Shown: positions 43,356 to 52,810, counted from the stretch's first letter. The stretch: DNA of 64,000 nucleotides from an uncultured Parcubacteria group bacterium (GCA_947084965.1 CAMTUG010000001.1:211914-275913), one strand, 5' to 3'. Notes: a model not told the origin generated them from the sequence alone. Numbers and translations are program-made.

Positions 43356-44899
43356 TCAAACCTCGTGCAGACTTTTTGATCCTCACGTTCGCCGCGCTCT
43401 TCTTTTTTGTGTCGAGTGGTATTTTGGCGTTCAACATGCCGGCCGTCTATAACTCGCCGGATGAAAATGCCAACGCCGTTTTTACAGAGCAGGTACGCCT
43501 GACCGGCACGCCGGACATCTTCGATCCGTTTCTCGCGCTGAGCCCGCTTTTGCATCCCCGTAGTGTGATTAACACCGGGCTGCATGTACTCCCAGGGAGT
43601 TTTCTCGGTCTGCCGTTTTATTACGGCTATCTCGCGCGTGCTACCGATGTTGAACTTTTGCGTTATTTCACCCCCTTGCTCGCCGTACTGGCGATTTTTT
43701 GCTGGCGTCGCATTGTTGAAGAGGTTTTTCGTTCCCGTACGGTGGCATTGGTCGCCGCTCTCGGGCTGATGTTTCACCCGGCGTTTTGGTATTGGAGCGC
43801 CAGGTCGATGATGCATAACGTTCCGTTCATCGCGCTCATGATCATCGCCCTGTATGTCGCCGTGGTTCGGCCGCGTTTCCTCTGGCTTTCAGGTCTTCTC
43901 TTCGGCACTGCGATCATGTTCCGCTCGGTAGAACTTTTTTGGATCATCCCGATCGTGTTTCTCCTCCTCGTTCGTTTTCAGCGTGAGCTTGGACTCGGAC
44001 GGATTATCGGATTTATGATCGGGGTGGCGATCGCTATCGCCCCGATGCTGGTGTTGAATCAACAGCTCTACGGCAACATGTTTGAAACGGGGTATACCTA
44101 TCATCAAACTTCTGATGCAGCGATCACGGCGAGTACACTGCCTGTCCCGAATGCGTCCTTTTTGGAATTGGGAAAATCTATCTTGCGAAACAGTTGGCAC
44201 TATTCCGTCACATTGTTTCCGTGGCTTTCCTTTGCCGCTGCTCTCGGATTTCTGACGCGCATACAGGAACGCCGTGAACGTCTTTTCGCCGTCGTGGCGG
44301 TACTGACCACCGCATTATTGTGGATCTTTTATGGGTCCTACACCTTCCGTGATAACCCTGATACCGATCTCATCACCATCGGCACGTCCTACACGCGCTA
44401 CTGGTTGCCGATCTTCGCTTTGGCCAGTCCGTACGTCGCCTGGCTGATCGTTTGGTTGAGTGATCGGGTACGGGTGGTCACAGCCAGGAAGATCGTCCTG
44501 GTGGGATTAACCGTTTTGATGATCACCCTTTCCATCCGCCCGGTGTTTCTGGCTGAAGACGGGTTGATCGGCGTTCGCGCGGCGCTCTTGGGATCGTACG
44601 AAAAGCAACAGCGCGTGCTGGCGGTCACTGAAGAAGAAGCGGTCATTATCGTCGATCGTGCGGATAAGTTCCTCTGGCCCGATCGTCACGTCGTCTATCC
44701 GCTTCGTTCTGAAGAAACGTATGCGGCCATGCCCAAGCTCGCCGCCGGCGCTCCGCTTTATTATTTCGGCATCACTTTGCCAGAAGGGGACCTCGTCTAT
44801 TTGAATACGGAAAAGCTCCCGCCGCTCGGCCTGCAGATTGAACACGTCGTGACGGTTGAGGATGAATCGCTCTACCACATCTATGAAGCGCTTCGTTAA
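43352..44899 (+). CDS. polytopic membrane protein, GT-C-fold glycosyltransferase-like (ArnT/PMT-like), GTG start overlapping upstream stop
   Basis: More than 10 TM helices. DE motif in the first extracytoplasmic loop (NSPDENANAVF). GTGA overlap with the upstream stop at 43352-43355. Confidence 0.5.
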   Translation: MIKPRADFLILTFAALFFFVSSGILAFNMPAVYNSPDENANAVFTEQVRLTGTPDIFDPFLALSPLLHPRSVINTGLHVLPGSFLGLPFYYGYLARATDVELLRYFTPLLAVLAIFCWRRIVEEVFRSRTVALVAALGLMFHPAFWYWSARSMMHNVPFIALMIIALYVAVVRPRFLWLSGLLFGTAIMFRSVELFWIIPIVFLLLVRFQRELGLGRIIGFMIGVAIAIAPMLVLNQQLYGNMFETGYTYHQTSDAAITASTLPVPNASFLELGKSILRNSWHYSVTLFPWLSFAAALGFLTRIQERRERLFAVVAVLTTALLWIFYGSYTFRDNPDTDLITIGTSYTRYWLPIFALASPYVAWLIVWLSDRVRVVTARKIVLVGLTVLMITLSIRPVFLAEDGLIGVRAALLGSYEKQQRVLAVTEEEAVIIVDRADKFLWPDRHVVYPLRSEETYAAMPKLAAGAPLYYFGITLPEGDLVYLNTEKLPPLGLQIEHVVTVEDESLYHIYEALR

Positions 44900-46325
44900 G
44901 CTATTGGCCGCTGCCCTTATCATCACCGCACCGATCGCTCTTTTCGTTTGGCTCTTTTTGAAAGATCTCACTCCGAGCGGCGTCTTAACGATCAACCACT
45001 CCGTGACCGATGCATCGCCGTTCATCGATCGGTTTTTGCCGGACACGCGGGCGATCAACGGGGAGGTGATCGTCGACGAACCGGTGTACGCGGCGGTGCA
45101 TCTGCCCGGAGACTTTGAAACGGTGACGGTTGATCTGTTTTACGAAAACGCCTATCAGCCGATCGTTCAAGTCGGATTTTTAGCGAGCGAGGATCCGCTG
45201 CAATATGTGTTGGAGCCGTTACAAAACTTGTTGATCGACCGTTCAGAATGGGATCGAATCGACGCAGGGGGTCTCGTCCTTCTCCAGCGCTACAAAGTGT
45301 TCGAATCGATCGATACCTTTCTGGCCGACCCACCGTTGCGTGGCACGATCGCTACCTTTAACACCTCGCTTACGACCCCGTACCGTATCCCTGATTACTA
45401 CCCAACGAATACCTTGCAGACGATCGATACTTCACTGCGCGGGTATCATGAATTTTTGACCTACGTCAAAAACGAACCGCTTCTCGTTCAGGCCGAGTTC
45501 CAGGATATGAATCGCGATTTTGGCGAAGATCCAGTTGAACTTCTGGTCTTTAACGAGGAGAACGATCTCGTCGGGTCTCAGTCAACGTTGGATGATGGGG
45601 TCATCGAGGCAACCGCTAAGGGCAGCACATTACGCTCAACGACGGTCGTCTTGAATGATCTTCCGGAAGGGGTTTATAAAGTGATTCTCAAAGCTCCGCG
45701 AGATATTTTTTTTCGTAAGATCATGAGCCGTCAGCGTTACCTGACATTCGTCGGCCCGATCTTTTTCGGTGACGATGTCGGCTATCGCGATGATATTCGC
45801 CCGGTTGATTACTTCACCGATGCCAAGCACGTCAGTTTTTTCACCTATCATGCCGATGCTGCACAAAAGGTAACGATAGGTGCGTCTGAAGTGCGATTGC
45901 CGGAAGCGCAGGTACGGTATGATCACGACGTGACCGAGGCGGGGCTCGTTGCGGTGCACGCTCCGGCCTCTGACTTCACTTTTACCCATGACGGCAAGGT
46001 TGCCTTTCGGGCCGATCAGTTTTTCAACCCCGATCCGGTCAACCTGAGCTGGAACACTGATCTCGACGCGCTTGGTGTGAATTTTGTTCTGGCGGATTAC
46101 ACCTCGCCGCCCACCGAAGAGGGAATTGTTCATGCCCAGGCGACCTTTGATCTGCAGGAGGTGATGACCAAGGATGGGGAGGTAAAGCTCGTTCTTTCGG
46201 CGCCAGGGATCAGGTCCCTGCAGCAACAGCTGACCTTGCGTGATCTGCAATTAACGTTTGAACGACCTCAGATGTCTGGAGCTGACATCTGGAACAAGCT
46301 CAGAGAATTTCTCACCTTCTTATGA
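44883..46325 (+). CDS. hypothetical membrane-anchored extracytoplasmic protein (480 aa)
   Basis: N-terminal TM helix (LLAAALIITAPIALFVWLFL). Overlaps the upstream gene end. Confidence 0.5.
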   Translation: MKRFVKLLAAALIITAPIALFVWLFLKDLTPSGVLTINHSVTDASPFIDRFLPDTRAINGEVIVDEPVYAAVHLPGDFETVTVDLFYENAYQPIVQVGFLASEDPLQYVLEPLQNLLIDRSEWDRIDAGGLVLLQRYKVFESIDTFLADPPLRGTIATFNTSLTTPYRIPDYYPTNTLQTIDTSLRGYHEFLTYVKNEPLLVQAEFQDMNRDFGEDPVELLVFNEENDLVGSQSTLDDGVIEATAKGSTLRSTTVVLNDLPEGVYKVILKAPRDIFFRKIMSRQRYLTFVGPIFFGDDVGYRDDIRPVDYFTDAKHVSFFTYHADAAQKVTIGASEVRLPEAQVRYDHDVTEAGLVAVHAPASDFTFTHDGKVAFRADQFFNPDPVNLSWNTDLDALGVNFVLADYTSPPTEEGIVHAQATFDLQEVMTKDGEVKLVLSAPGIRSLQQQLTLRDLQLTFERPQMSGADIWNKLREFLTFL

Positions 46326-46642
46326 ATCTCGCGCGTCTCGGCTATTGCGTCTCGTTTTTCTCCTACCTGTTTTTTCTGATGCTTGAATATCTGCGTCCGG
46401 GTTTTGTTTCCAATTATCTTTCCGTGCACCTCTTTCTGATCCCCGCAATCATCTTCGGGATCCTTTGGGCGCGCAAAAGCCCATCCTATCCTTTTTCCTC
46501 TTTCCTTTTTCCTCTTTCCATTTCCATCCTCTTCTCCGTATTTACTTGGCGTGAAGGACGGGCTTTTGAGGATTATCGGGTGCTGATGACCTTGGTCGCC
46601 TTTTTCCTCCCGATGCTCGTCTGGAGACAAGTCCAGAAATGA
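46322..46642 (+). CDS. small membrane protein (106 aa) containing heptamer-repeat-encoded segment
   Basis: ATGA overlap with the upstream stop. 46467-46527 carries a GC hairpin + (CTTTCCT-like)n tract that encodes KSPSYPFSSFLFPLSIS. Confidence 0.45.
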   Translation: MNLARLGYCVSFFSYLFFLMLEYLRPGFVSNYLSVHLFLIPAIIFGILWARKSPSYPFSSFLFPLSISILFSVFTWREGRAFEDYRVLMTLVAFFLPMLVWRQVQK

Positions 46643-46726
46643 TTTGACAGGTCCTCAAGGACTGGTATCCTTAATGCGTTATGATGATGCATCGCACAAC
46701 AACGTCGACGACCACGACCCCTTAGC

Positions 46727-46772
46727 GCGAGGGCCATCTTGTTGTGTGGCGGCCCTCGGGGCCGTTTTTGTT
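46727..46772 (+). terminator. GC-rich hairpin(s) + T-run (GAGGGCC...GGCCCTC / GGCCCtcgGGGCC + GTTTTTG)
   Basis: Alternative overlapping stems also include CACAACAAC...GTTGTTGTG (46694-46747). Lies between the 46322 gene and the HAD gene. Confidence 0.45.
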
Positions 46773-46782
46773 TATCAAGCCT

Positions 46783-47430
46783 ATGACCAATTACAAACAG
46801 ATTTTCTTTGACTTTGACAGTACCCTCGTCCGTGTCGAGACTCTGGATCAACTCGCTTCTGATCCCGTGAAGCGAGCAGAGGTTGAAGCTCTGACCAACG
46901 CGAGCATGAACGGGGATCTCTCCTTTGCCGAGGTGTTTCCGAAGAAGATGGCGATTCTTGCTCCGTCGATCGGTGACTTAGAAGCGCTTGCTCAGCGTTG
47001 TATGGATGAGTGGCTTGTCGCTGGGGTACGCGAAGCGATTGAGCGCATTCAGGCGAACGGAGGGGAGGTCTGGATGATCACCGCCAATTTTCATCCGCTC
47101 GTTGATCCCGTTGCTGAGCATCTCGGCATCCCATCTGAACGCGTGCTGGCCAACACGATCTGCTTTGATGAAGAGGGGAACTATCTTCGTTGCGAAGCGT
47201 CGGTATTGATGGGCGATGGCGGAAAGGCGGTGGCGATGCGGCCGTGGGTTCGTAACCGTGAGGAGGCGGTGATGATCGGGGACAGTGTCAGTGATCTGGC
47301 GTGCGCAAGTGAGGTCGGACTTTTTGTCGGGTTCGGAGGCGTGGTTGTCCGGCCTGCGGTCCAACATGCGGCATCGGTTTTTGTTGAAGAACCCAACATG
47401 CTGGCCGTCCTTCGTCATCTTTATCCTTAA
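46783..47430 (+). CDS. HAD-superfamily hydrolase, phosphoserine-phosphatase-like (subfamily IB)
   Basis: FFDFDSTL (DxDxT), later MIGDSVSD. About 215 aa. Confidence 0.65.
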   Translation: MTNYKQIFFDFDSTLVRVETLDQLASDPVKRAEVEALTNASMNGDLSFAEVFPKKMAILAPSIGDLEALAQRCMDEWLVAGVREAIERIQANGGEVWMITANFHPLVDPVAEHLGIPSERVLANTICFDEEGNYLRCEASVLMGDGGKAVAMRPWVRNREEAVMIGDSVSDLACASEVGLFVGFGGVVVRPAVQHAASVFVEEPNMLAVLRHLYP

Positions 47431-47493
47431 GGGTTTTCCTCTGCCGTTGTCGTCCTGATGACGGTAGTCTGAACTCTTGAGGAGGAATGACCG

Positions 47494-48834
47494 ATGTCCG
47501 AAGCCATCGACTTTCACAGCCCGCTCCCGTACCGTCGCGCTGACATGAGCGCCTACTGCCGCCAGAAGGGGGTCACGCTCATCGAGCATCCGTCGGTCGA
47601 TTGTTCGGCTCTCGGTTCGAGCGATTCCGCTGTGCCGCGGGGGATCGATCCGTTCGCCTGGGCGCACTTCTGGTGGCCGCGGCTGCACGCCGCCGCTCTC
47701 GGGGATCTCGGAGCGCTCTGTGCCACGCGCTTCCCGGGGGAGATCCTTCCCGGACCGGGCGGCCACGGGGCGACCTGTGTCACGGAGCGCCTGGCCTACG
47801 GGCGGTACCAGAGCTTCCGGAGCGACCAGCGCCTGCTGCCATCCGTGCCGGCGTTCGCGCGCCGCAAGGTCGGCGCGATCGCCGACTGGCCCTGGGGAGA
47901 AATTCGGGAACCCCAGCTCGAAGAGGTCGTCTTCAATCTCGATCCATCGAACGCGACCGACAAGCCGTTCGACGTCGACGGGATCACCTGCGATCCCGAG
48001 GGGATCCGCGTGATCAGCCGTCTGTGGTGCCCGGGGAAGGAACATCTGTGGAGCCGGCAGGAAGAGACGATCGAGCGTTTCCTGAGCTTGCTTCCTGAGC
48101 CCGTCCGTCCGGCGGTCCTCGCCTTCGAAGTCGAAGAGTGCCTGGCGCACGCTTACGAAGCACGTGAGTGGAACGGCCACGGGCACGGGATGTGCAACGG
48201 GGTCTGGCTCGAAGTCGGCCTGGCAGCGATCGAGAAGATCCGCCCGACCGAGCTCGCCGTCACCGCGCGCATCGCGGCTGAACTCATCACCCTGACGGAG
48301 TCCGGGTTCGCCCCGATCGTGGTCAACGAGTGGGGGTGTGACACCGACGGCACCCACCGCCTGATGGCCGCCTGGATCTTCAACCTCTGCCGCGACCTCG
48401 ATCCGTCCGTTCTCGCGAACCTGGACGTCGGTTGTCGCTTGGTTCACGTGAAGGAGCGGCTTCGTCTCTGGCTCGACGCGCGGATCGCTCCGTTCGTCCG
48501 CCCGCGGCCGCTGATCGTCCGTGAAGCTCTGCGCTTCCTTGCCGAAGCGATCCGTGATCCCGACCTCCTCGCCACGCTGATCGAGGTCGTCCGTCGCGCC
48601 AAGCACGCTCCGCCCGTGGCTCGACTGCCTGTGACCTTCCTGCGTGAAGCAAGTTGGGGAACGGTGGTCAAAGGACCGTACGACAGCGGGGAAGCGATCA
48701 TCCGGGTCGATCCGCGGATCTACGCCGAACTGGCGGATCACCCGCATCTGGTCCTGCCGCCGCGCGGGCCTTACCACATGACCGACGAGCTCGAGATGCT
48801 CTGGTTCGACGTCTTGCGCATCAACGCGACCTAG
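47494..48834 (+). CDS. hypothetical protein (446 aa), high GC
   Basis: GGAGGA SD. About 67% GC. No recognisable motif. Own terminator. Confidence 0.5.
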   Translation: MSEAIDFHSPLPYRRADMSAYCRQKGVTLIEHPSVDCSALGSSDSAVPRGIDPFAWAHFWWPRLHAAALGDLGALCATRFPGEILPGPGGHGATCVTERLAYGRYQSFRSDQRLLPSVPAFARRKVGAIADWPWGEIREPQLEEVVFNLDPSNATDKPFDVDGITCDPEGIRVISRLWCPGKEHLWSRQEETIERFLSLLPEPVRPAVLAFEVEECLAHAYEAREWNGHGHGMCNGVWLEVGLAAIEKIRPTELAVTARIAAELITLTESGFAPIVVNEWGCDTDGTHRLMAAWIFNLCRDLDPSVLANLDVGCRLVHVKERLRLWLDARIAPFVRPRPLIVREALRFLAEAIRDPDLLATLIEVVRRAKHAPPVARLPVTFLREASWGTVVKGPYDSGEAIIRVDPRIYAELADHPHLVLPPRGPYHMTDELEMLWFDVLRINAT

Positions 48835-48859
48835 CCGCTCGTTCGCGTGACTTCTTGTC

Positions 48860-48897
48860 CGGCCCGCCAGTACGTGGCGGGCCGCTGACATTTTTTT
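48860..48897 (+). terminator. intrinsic terminator CGGCCCGCCAgtacgTGGCGGGCCG + T7
   Basis: 10-bp perfect stem. The CCAGTACGTGG core is shared with the hairpin at 50849-50871. Confidence 0.65.
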
Positions 48898-48951
48898 AAG
48901 GGATTGTTGTATACTAGTCGTGAGCATCATTGATTCATTACAGGAGATTCT

Positions 48952-49359
48952 ATGCCCGTCGATTGTCTGTTTTGTAAAATTATCGCCGGCGAGATCCCGT
49001 CGCACACGATTTACGAGGACGAAAAGACCGTGGCTTTTTTGGATATTCTCCCGGTAAGCGTCGGGCATACGCTCGTCGTTCCCAAAGCGCATAGCGAGAA
49101 TTTACTCGAAGCCGATCCAGAGGATGCTAACGCTGTCCTTGCCACTATGCAAAAAATTGCGCCCGTTCTTCGTGTGGCGCTTGAAGCAGATGGAATGAAC
49201 GTGGGGATCAATTGCGGCGAAGCGGCCGGACAGGTCGTCTTTCACACCCATGTCCACATGATGCCGCGTGTTGCTGGAACCCCGCGATCGTTTGAGCACA
49301 AGAGTGTCTCGCAGGAAGAATTAGCCGCGACTGCCGAAAAGATCCGCGCCAAGATGTAA
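48952..49359 (+). CDS. HIT-family (histidine triad) nucleotide hydrolase
   Basis: HTHVHMMPR histidine triad. AGGAGA SD. Confidence 0.8.
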   Translation: MPVDCLFCKIIAGEIPSHTIYEDEKTVAFLDILPVSVGHTLVVPKAHSENLLEADPEDANAVLATMQKIAPVLRVALEADGMNVGINCGEAAGQVVFHTHVHMMPRVAGTPRSFEHKSVSQEELAATAEKIRAKM

Positions 49360-49360
49360 T

Positions 49361-49903
49361 ATGGCACTCAAAGTAAAACGTTGGAAACAAGTTGCGGTCA
49401 AAACGCTCGGGAAGAACGCCTACTTTGATTATGTGTTGGAAACGTATCTGCTGCCGAATGGCAAGCTAGTGGAGTATTACGCCGTTCGCAAATCACATGC
49501 GGCTACCATGGTCGGGGTGCTTGATGACGGCCGGGTGATCCTCGTCAAACAGTATCGTGCCCTGTTCGATAAGGTCAGTTTAGAAATTCCGGGCGGTGGG
49601 GGCGGAAAACGCGAACGACCAAAGACGATCGCTCGCCGCGAATTTGAAGAAGAGACCGGATATTATGCCGGCTCGGTCCAAGAGATCGGCACCTGGGCCA
49701 CGGACAACAGTTTAATGGACGAGGTGATTCACACTTTTTTGCTGACCAATTTGAAAAAGGGGAAGAAGATGTACGATGGGGTAGAAGAGACCGATCTTGT
49801 CCTCATGACTCCCAAGGAGATCGACCGGGCTATCGCCAACGGTACCATCTGGCACGGCCAATCGATCGCGTCCTGGCACCTGGCCAAGCCGCATTTGTCT
49901 TAA
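49361..49903 (+). CDS. NUDIX hydrolase (ADP-ribose pyrophosphatase-like)
   Basis: Nudix box GGGGGKRERPKTIARREFEEETG. Confidence 0.8.
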   Translation: MALKVKRWKQVAVKTLGKNAYFDYVLETYLLPNGKLVEYYAVRKSHAATMVGVLDDGRVILVKQYRALFDKVSLEIPGGGGGKRERPKTIARREFEEETGYYAGSVQEIGTWATDNSLMDEVIHTFLLTNLKKGKKMYDGVEETDLVLMTPKEIDRAIANGTIWHGQSIASWHLAKPHLS

Positions 49904-50037
49904 ACAATCAGAAGGTCAGCCGATTGACAGGTCGGTTGATTTTTTGTATTGTCTTTTCTTCTTCGGCAGGAGCCGGAGGAGATTCAGGCACCGTACTTGG
50001 TGCATCACCACCCCGCAGGAGCGGGAACGGAGCAGAG

Positions 50038-50826
50038 ATGAACGGCAATCTGATGGTCGACAAAGGTCGTGAACGTGAAGACGGCATCCAGGACCGCGAA
50101 GAGCGGCTGGTCGCGGTCAACGCCCTGCTCGCAGAGCGGCACCTGAAGCCGCGCGGCAAGCTCGGGCTCGCCAGCGAGAACGAGCAGGAGATCCTCGGGA
50201 TCTACCACATCGACGACCGCACGCCGCAGTTCCACACCACCATCTACTACGCCGTCCTTCTGAAGGACGGCCGGGTGATCGAGCTCCCGGTGCGCTACAA
50301 CGCCAACGGGGACAAGTGCGACGGGGTCGTCTTCGTCATCCTCCTGAACGGCACGCACCTGGTGCTCGTCAAGGAGTGGCGTCACAGCCTCGCCGAGTGG
50401 GTGACTGGCATCCCGCGCGGCTTCACCGAGCTCGAGGACGTGATGCAGATGCCCCAGGGCGGCCCGATCGGCAACCCGGCCGACCTCAAGATCCCGGCGC
50501 TGCGCGTCCTCTTCCGTGAGCTCGGCGAGGAGGTCGGCGATCCCTCGACGCTCGCCCTGACGCAGATCGCCTTCCTCGGCAAGGTCTACCAGAACACCGG
50601 GACCGACTCGGCCGCCCCGGACTACGTCCTCCTCTCCCTCCGCGGCCCGACGAACTTCAAGTCGACGCCCAAGGACCCGGACCACAAGGTCCGCGTCTGG
50701 AGCGTGGAGCAGGTCCGCGAGGCGATCGGCGGGGAGCTGAACGACAGCCATACGCTCACCGCGCTGGTCCTCCTCGAGCGGTTCGCTCGTTCGCTCTCCG
50801 GAGCGCCTGCGGGCCGCTTCCTGTAG
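50038..50826 (+). CDS. NUDIX-like hydrolase, high GC
   Basis: GIPRGFTELEDVMQMPQGGPIGNPADLKIPALRVLFRELGEEVG (Nudix-box-like RELGEEVG). GGAGCAGAG SD. About 66% GC. Confidence 0.5.
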   Translation: MNGNLMVDKGREREDGIQDREERLVAVNALLAERHLKPRGKLGLASENEQEILGIYHIDDRTPQFHTTIYYAVLLKDGRVIELPVRYNANGDKCDGVVFVILLNGTHLVLVKEWRHSLAEWVTGIPRGFTELEDVMQMPQGGPIGNPADLKIPALRVLFRELGEEVGDPSTLALTQIAFLGKVYQNTGTDSAAPDYVLLSLRGPTNFKSTPKDPDHKVRVWSVEQVREAIGGELNDSHTLTALVLLERFARSLSGAPAGRFL

Positions 50827-50848
50827 GGTCCCCGACCCTGTCGCTTCC

Positions 50849-50885
50849 GCCGGTCCAGTACGTGGGCCGGCGTTGCGTTTTCTGC
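50849..50885 (+). terminator. terminator hairpin GCCGGTCCAgtacgTGGGCCGGC + T-rich tail
   Basis: Stem with one G-U pair. Shares the CCAGTACGTGG core with 48860-48884. Confidence 0.55.
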
Positions 50886-50940
50886 ACTGATAAACAAGGC
50901 GATTGACGGGGCAAAAGCTCCATACTAAGATGCCACTGCT

Positions 50941-51960
50941 ATGAAATTGCTGGTCACAGGTGGTTGCGGGTTTATTGGGTCGCATTTTATCCGGGTCGTT
51001 CTCACCGAACGCCCAGATTGGGATGTGATCAATTTGGATGCGTTGACCTACGCCGGCAATCTCACCACGACGATGGATATCCAAACCCATCCGCGGTATC
51101 GATTTGTTTACGGTTCGGTCACTAATCGTGAGTTAGTCGAAAAGTTAGTGGCTGAAGTTGATGCGGTTGTGCACATCGCTGCCGAAACACACGTTGATCG
51201 GTCGATCGTCGACGTGGAGCCGTTCATCATGACCAACATTTTAGGGACCCAGCGTTTGATCGATGCCTGCAGAAAACATGGCAAGCGCTTGCATCATGTT
51301 TCTACCGATGAAGTGTTTGGTTCGCTCGGTCCAAACGATCCAAAGTTTACCGAATCCACACCATACGATCCGCGCAATCCTTATTCCGCCACCAAGGCGG
51401 CGGCTGATCACTTGGTGCGTGCCGCGGTGCATACGCACGCCTGCAAAGCGACGATCAGTAACTGCACCAACAACTACGGACCGTTTTTGTATCCAGAAAA
51501 GTTTTTGTCTATTGCGATTACTAATATTCTCGAAGGCAAGCCGGTGGTGATTCACGGCGATGGCGCGCAGAAGCGCGACTGGATCCACGTGCAAGATCAT
51601 GCTCGTGGTATTTTGGCGATTCTCGAGCGCGGACGGATCGGCGAGACGTACATGATGGGCGGCGGAACAGATGTTTCTGTTGCGGAAACGGCGCGGCTTC
51701 TTTTGCTCGTGATGGGTCATCATGAAAACATGCTGGTCTATCTGCATGATCGTCAAGGACAAGATCGTCGCTATGCGATCGATCACAGCAAGATTGAGCG
51801 CGAGCTTGGTTGGCGTCCGAGCGTTACCTTAGAGCAAGGATTGAATGAGATGGTTGAGTGGTATCGCAAGAATCATGATTGGTGGAAGCCGATCAAGGAA
51901 AGCGCCGGGTATCGACAGTGGTACCAGCATCAGGTCGAGGGGGCGAAAAATCAACTCTAG
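50941..51960 (+). CDS. rfbB: dTDP-glucose 4,6-dehydratase
   Basis: MKLLVTGGCGFIGSHF, YAGN, DEVFG, YSATKAAADHL (YxxxK) motifs. 339 aa. Confidence 0.85.
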   Translation: MKLLVTGGCGFIGSHFIRVVLTERPDWDVINLDALTYAGNLTTTMDIQTHPRYRFVYGSVTNRELVEKLVAEVDAVVHIAAETHVDRSIVDVEPFIMTNILGTQRLIDACRKHGKRLHHVSTDEVFGSLGPNDPKFTESTPYDPRNPYSATKAAADHLVRAAVHTHACKATISNCTNNYGPFLYPEKFLSIAITNILEGKPVVIHGDGAQKRDWIHVQDHARGILAILERGRIGETYMMGGGTDVSVAETARLLLLVMGHHENMLVYLHDRQGQDRRYAIDHSKIERELGWRPSVTLEQGLNEMVEWYRKNHDWWKPIKESAGYRQWYQHQVEGAKNQL

Positions 51961-51967
51961 TGCGCGT

Positions 51968-52810
51968 ATGAAAATTTTGATCATCGGTCGCGGATACATG
52001 GGAGAGAGGATTCATGCCGCTTGGCCAGATTCGATTTTGTCAGATGCCATGATTGCGGATAAAGCATCGATGCTGGCGGAACTTCGTAAGCACGAGCCGG
52101 ATGTAGTCTTGAACGCCGCGGGGGTGCGCGGCCGCCCCAACGTGGATTGGTGCGATGACAATCAACTGGAGACGATTCGGGGAAACACCTTGCTCCCCAT
52201 CATCATGGCCGATGCTTGTGCGGAAGCCGGTGTCTATCTGCTGCACATGGGTTCAGGGTGCATTTTTTACGGTCCGTCTCAGCACCCAGATCACGCCTGG
52301 CGCGAAGAGGATTTTGGGAATCCCAAGCCGACCTATTCGCGTTCCAAGTACGCCGCTGACCTTGTCCTTTCAACCTTGCCTAACGTGGGGATCGCCCGCA
52401 TCCGTATGCCTATCGACCACATTCCTTCACCAGGGAATCTGATCGACAAGCTTTCTTCTTTTGCCAAAGTGGCCGATGTGGAAAACAGTGTGACGATCGT
52501 CGATGATATGATCGATGTTTTTCATCAACTGTTGGAAAAGCGTGCTCAAGGGATTTTTCATGTGGTCAATCCTGGGACGCTCAAGTTTCGTGATCTGATC
52601 GCGTTGTACGAAGAGTTGGTCGACCCAACACACACCTGCGAGTGGGTCAGTGACGACGCCTTAAACGCCGCAGGGATCAACAAAAAACCGCGCTCCAATA
52701 ATTTCCTTTCCTCGGAACGATTGAAAGAAGCGGGGATCACCGTTCGTCCGGTTGCTGTGGCTTTGCGCGACACGATGCAAAAGTACGCAGAAGCAAAAAA
52801 AAAGATGTGA
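51968..52810 (+). CDS. NAD-dependent sugar-nucleotide epimerase/reductase, RmlD (dTDP-4-dehydrorhamnose reductase)-like
   Basis: MKILIIGRGYMG N-terminus and YSRSKYAAD (YxxxK). About 280 aa. Confidence 0.55.
   Translation: MKILIIGRGYMGERIHAAWPDSILSDAMIADKASMLAELRKHEPDVVLNAAGVRGRPNVDWCDDNQLETIRGNTLLPIIMADACAEAGVYLLHMGSGCIFYGPSQHPDHAWREEDFGNPKPTYSRSKYAADLVLSTLPNVGIARIRMPIDHIPSPGNLIDKLSSFAKVADVENSVTIVDDMIDVFHQLLEKRAQGIFHVVNPGTLKFRDLIALYEELVDPTHTCEWVSDDALNAAGINKKPRSNNFLSSERLKEAGITVRPVAVALRDTMQKYAEAKKKM

Noticed and set aside
46978-49092. 704-aa minus-strand ORF 46978..49092
   Set aside because: It spans three well-supported plus-strand genes of different composition (HAD, the high-GC unknown, HIT), plus intergenic terminators. 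The translation is Arg/Pro-rich. It is a spurious stop-free antisense frame.
50005-51090. 361-aa minus-strand ORF antisense to the high-GC Nudix and the 5' end of rfbB
   Set aside because: It overlaps the rfbB N-terminal Rossmann motif on the opposite strand and crosses an intergenic terminator. There is no SD, and it is low-complexity.
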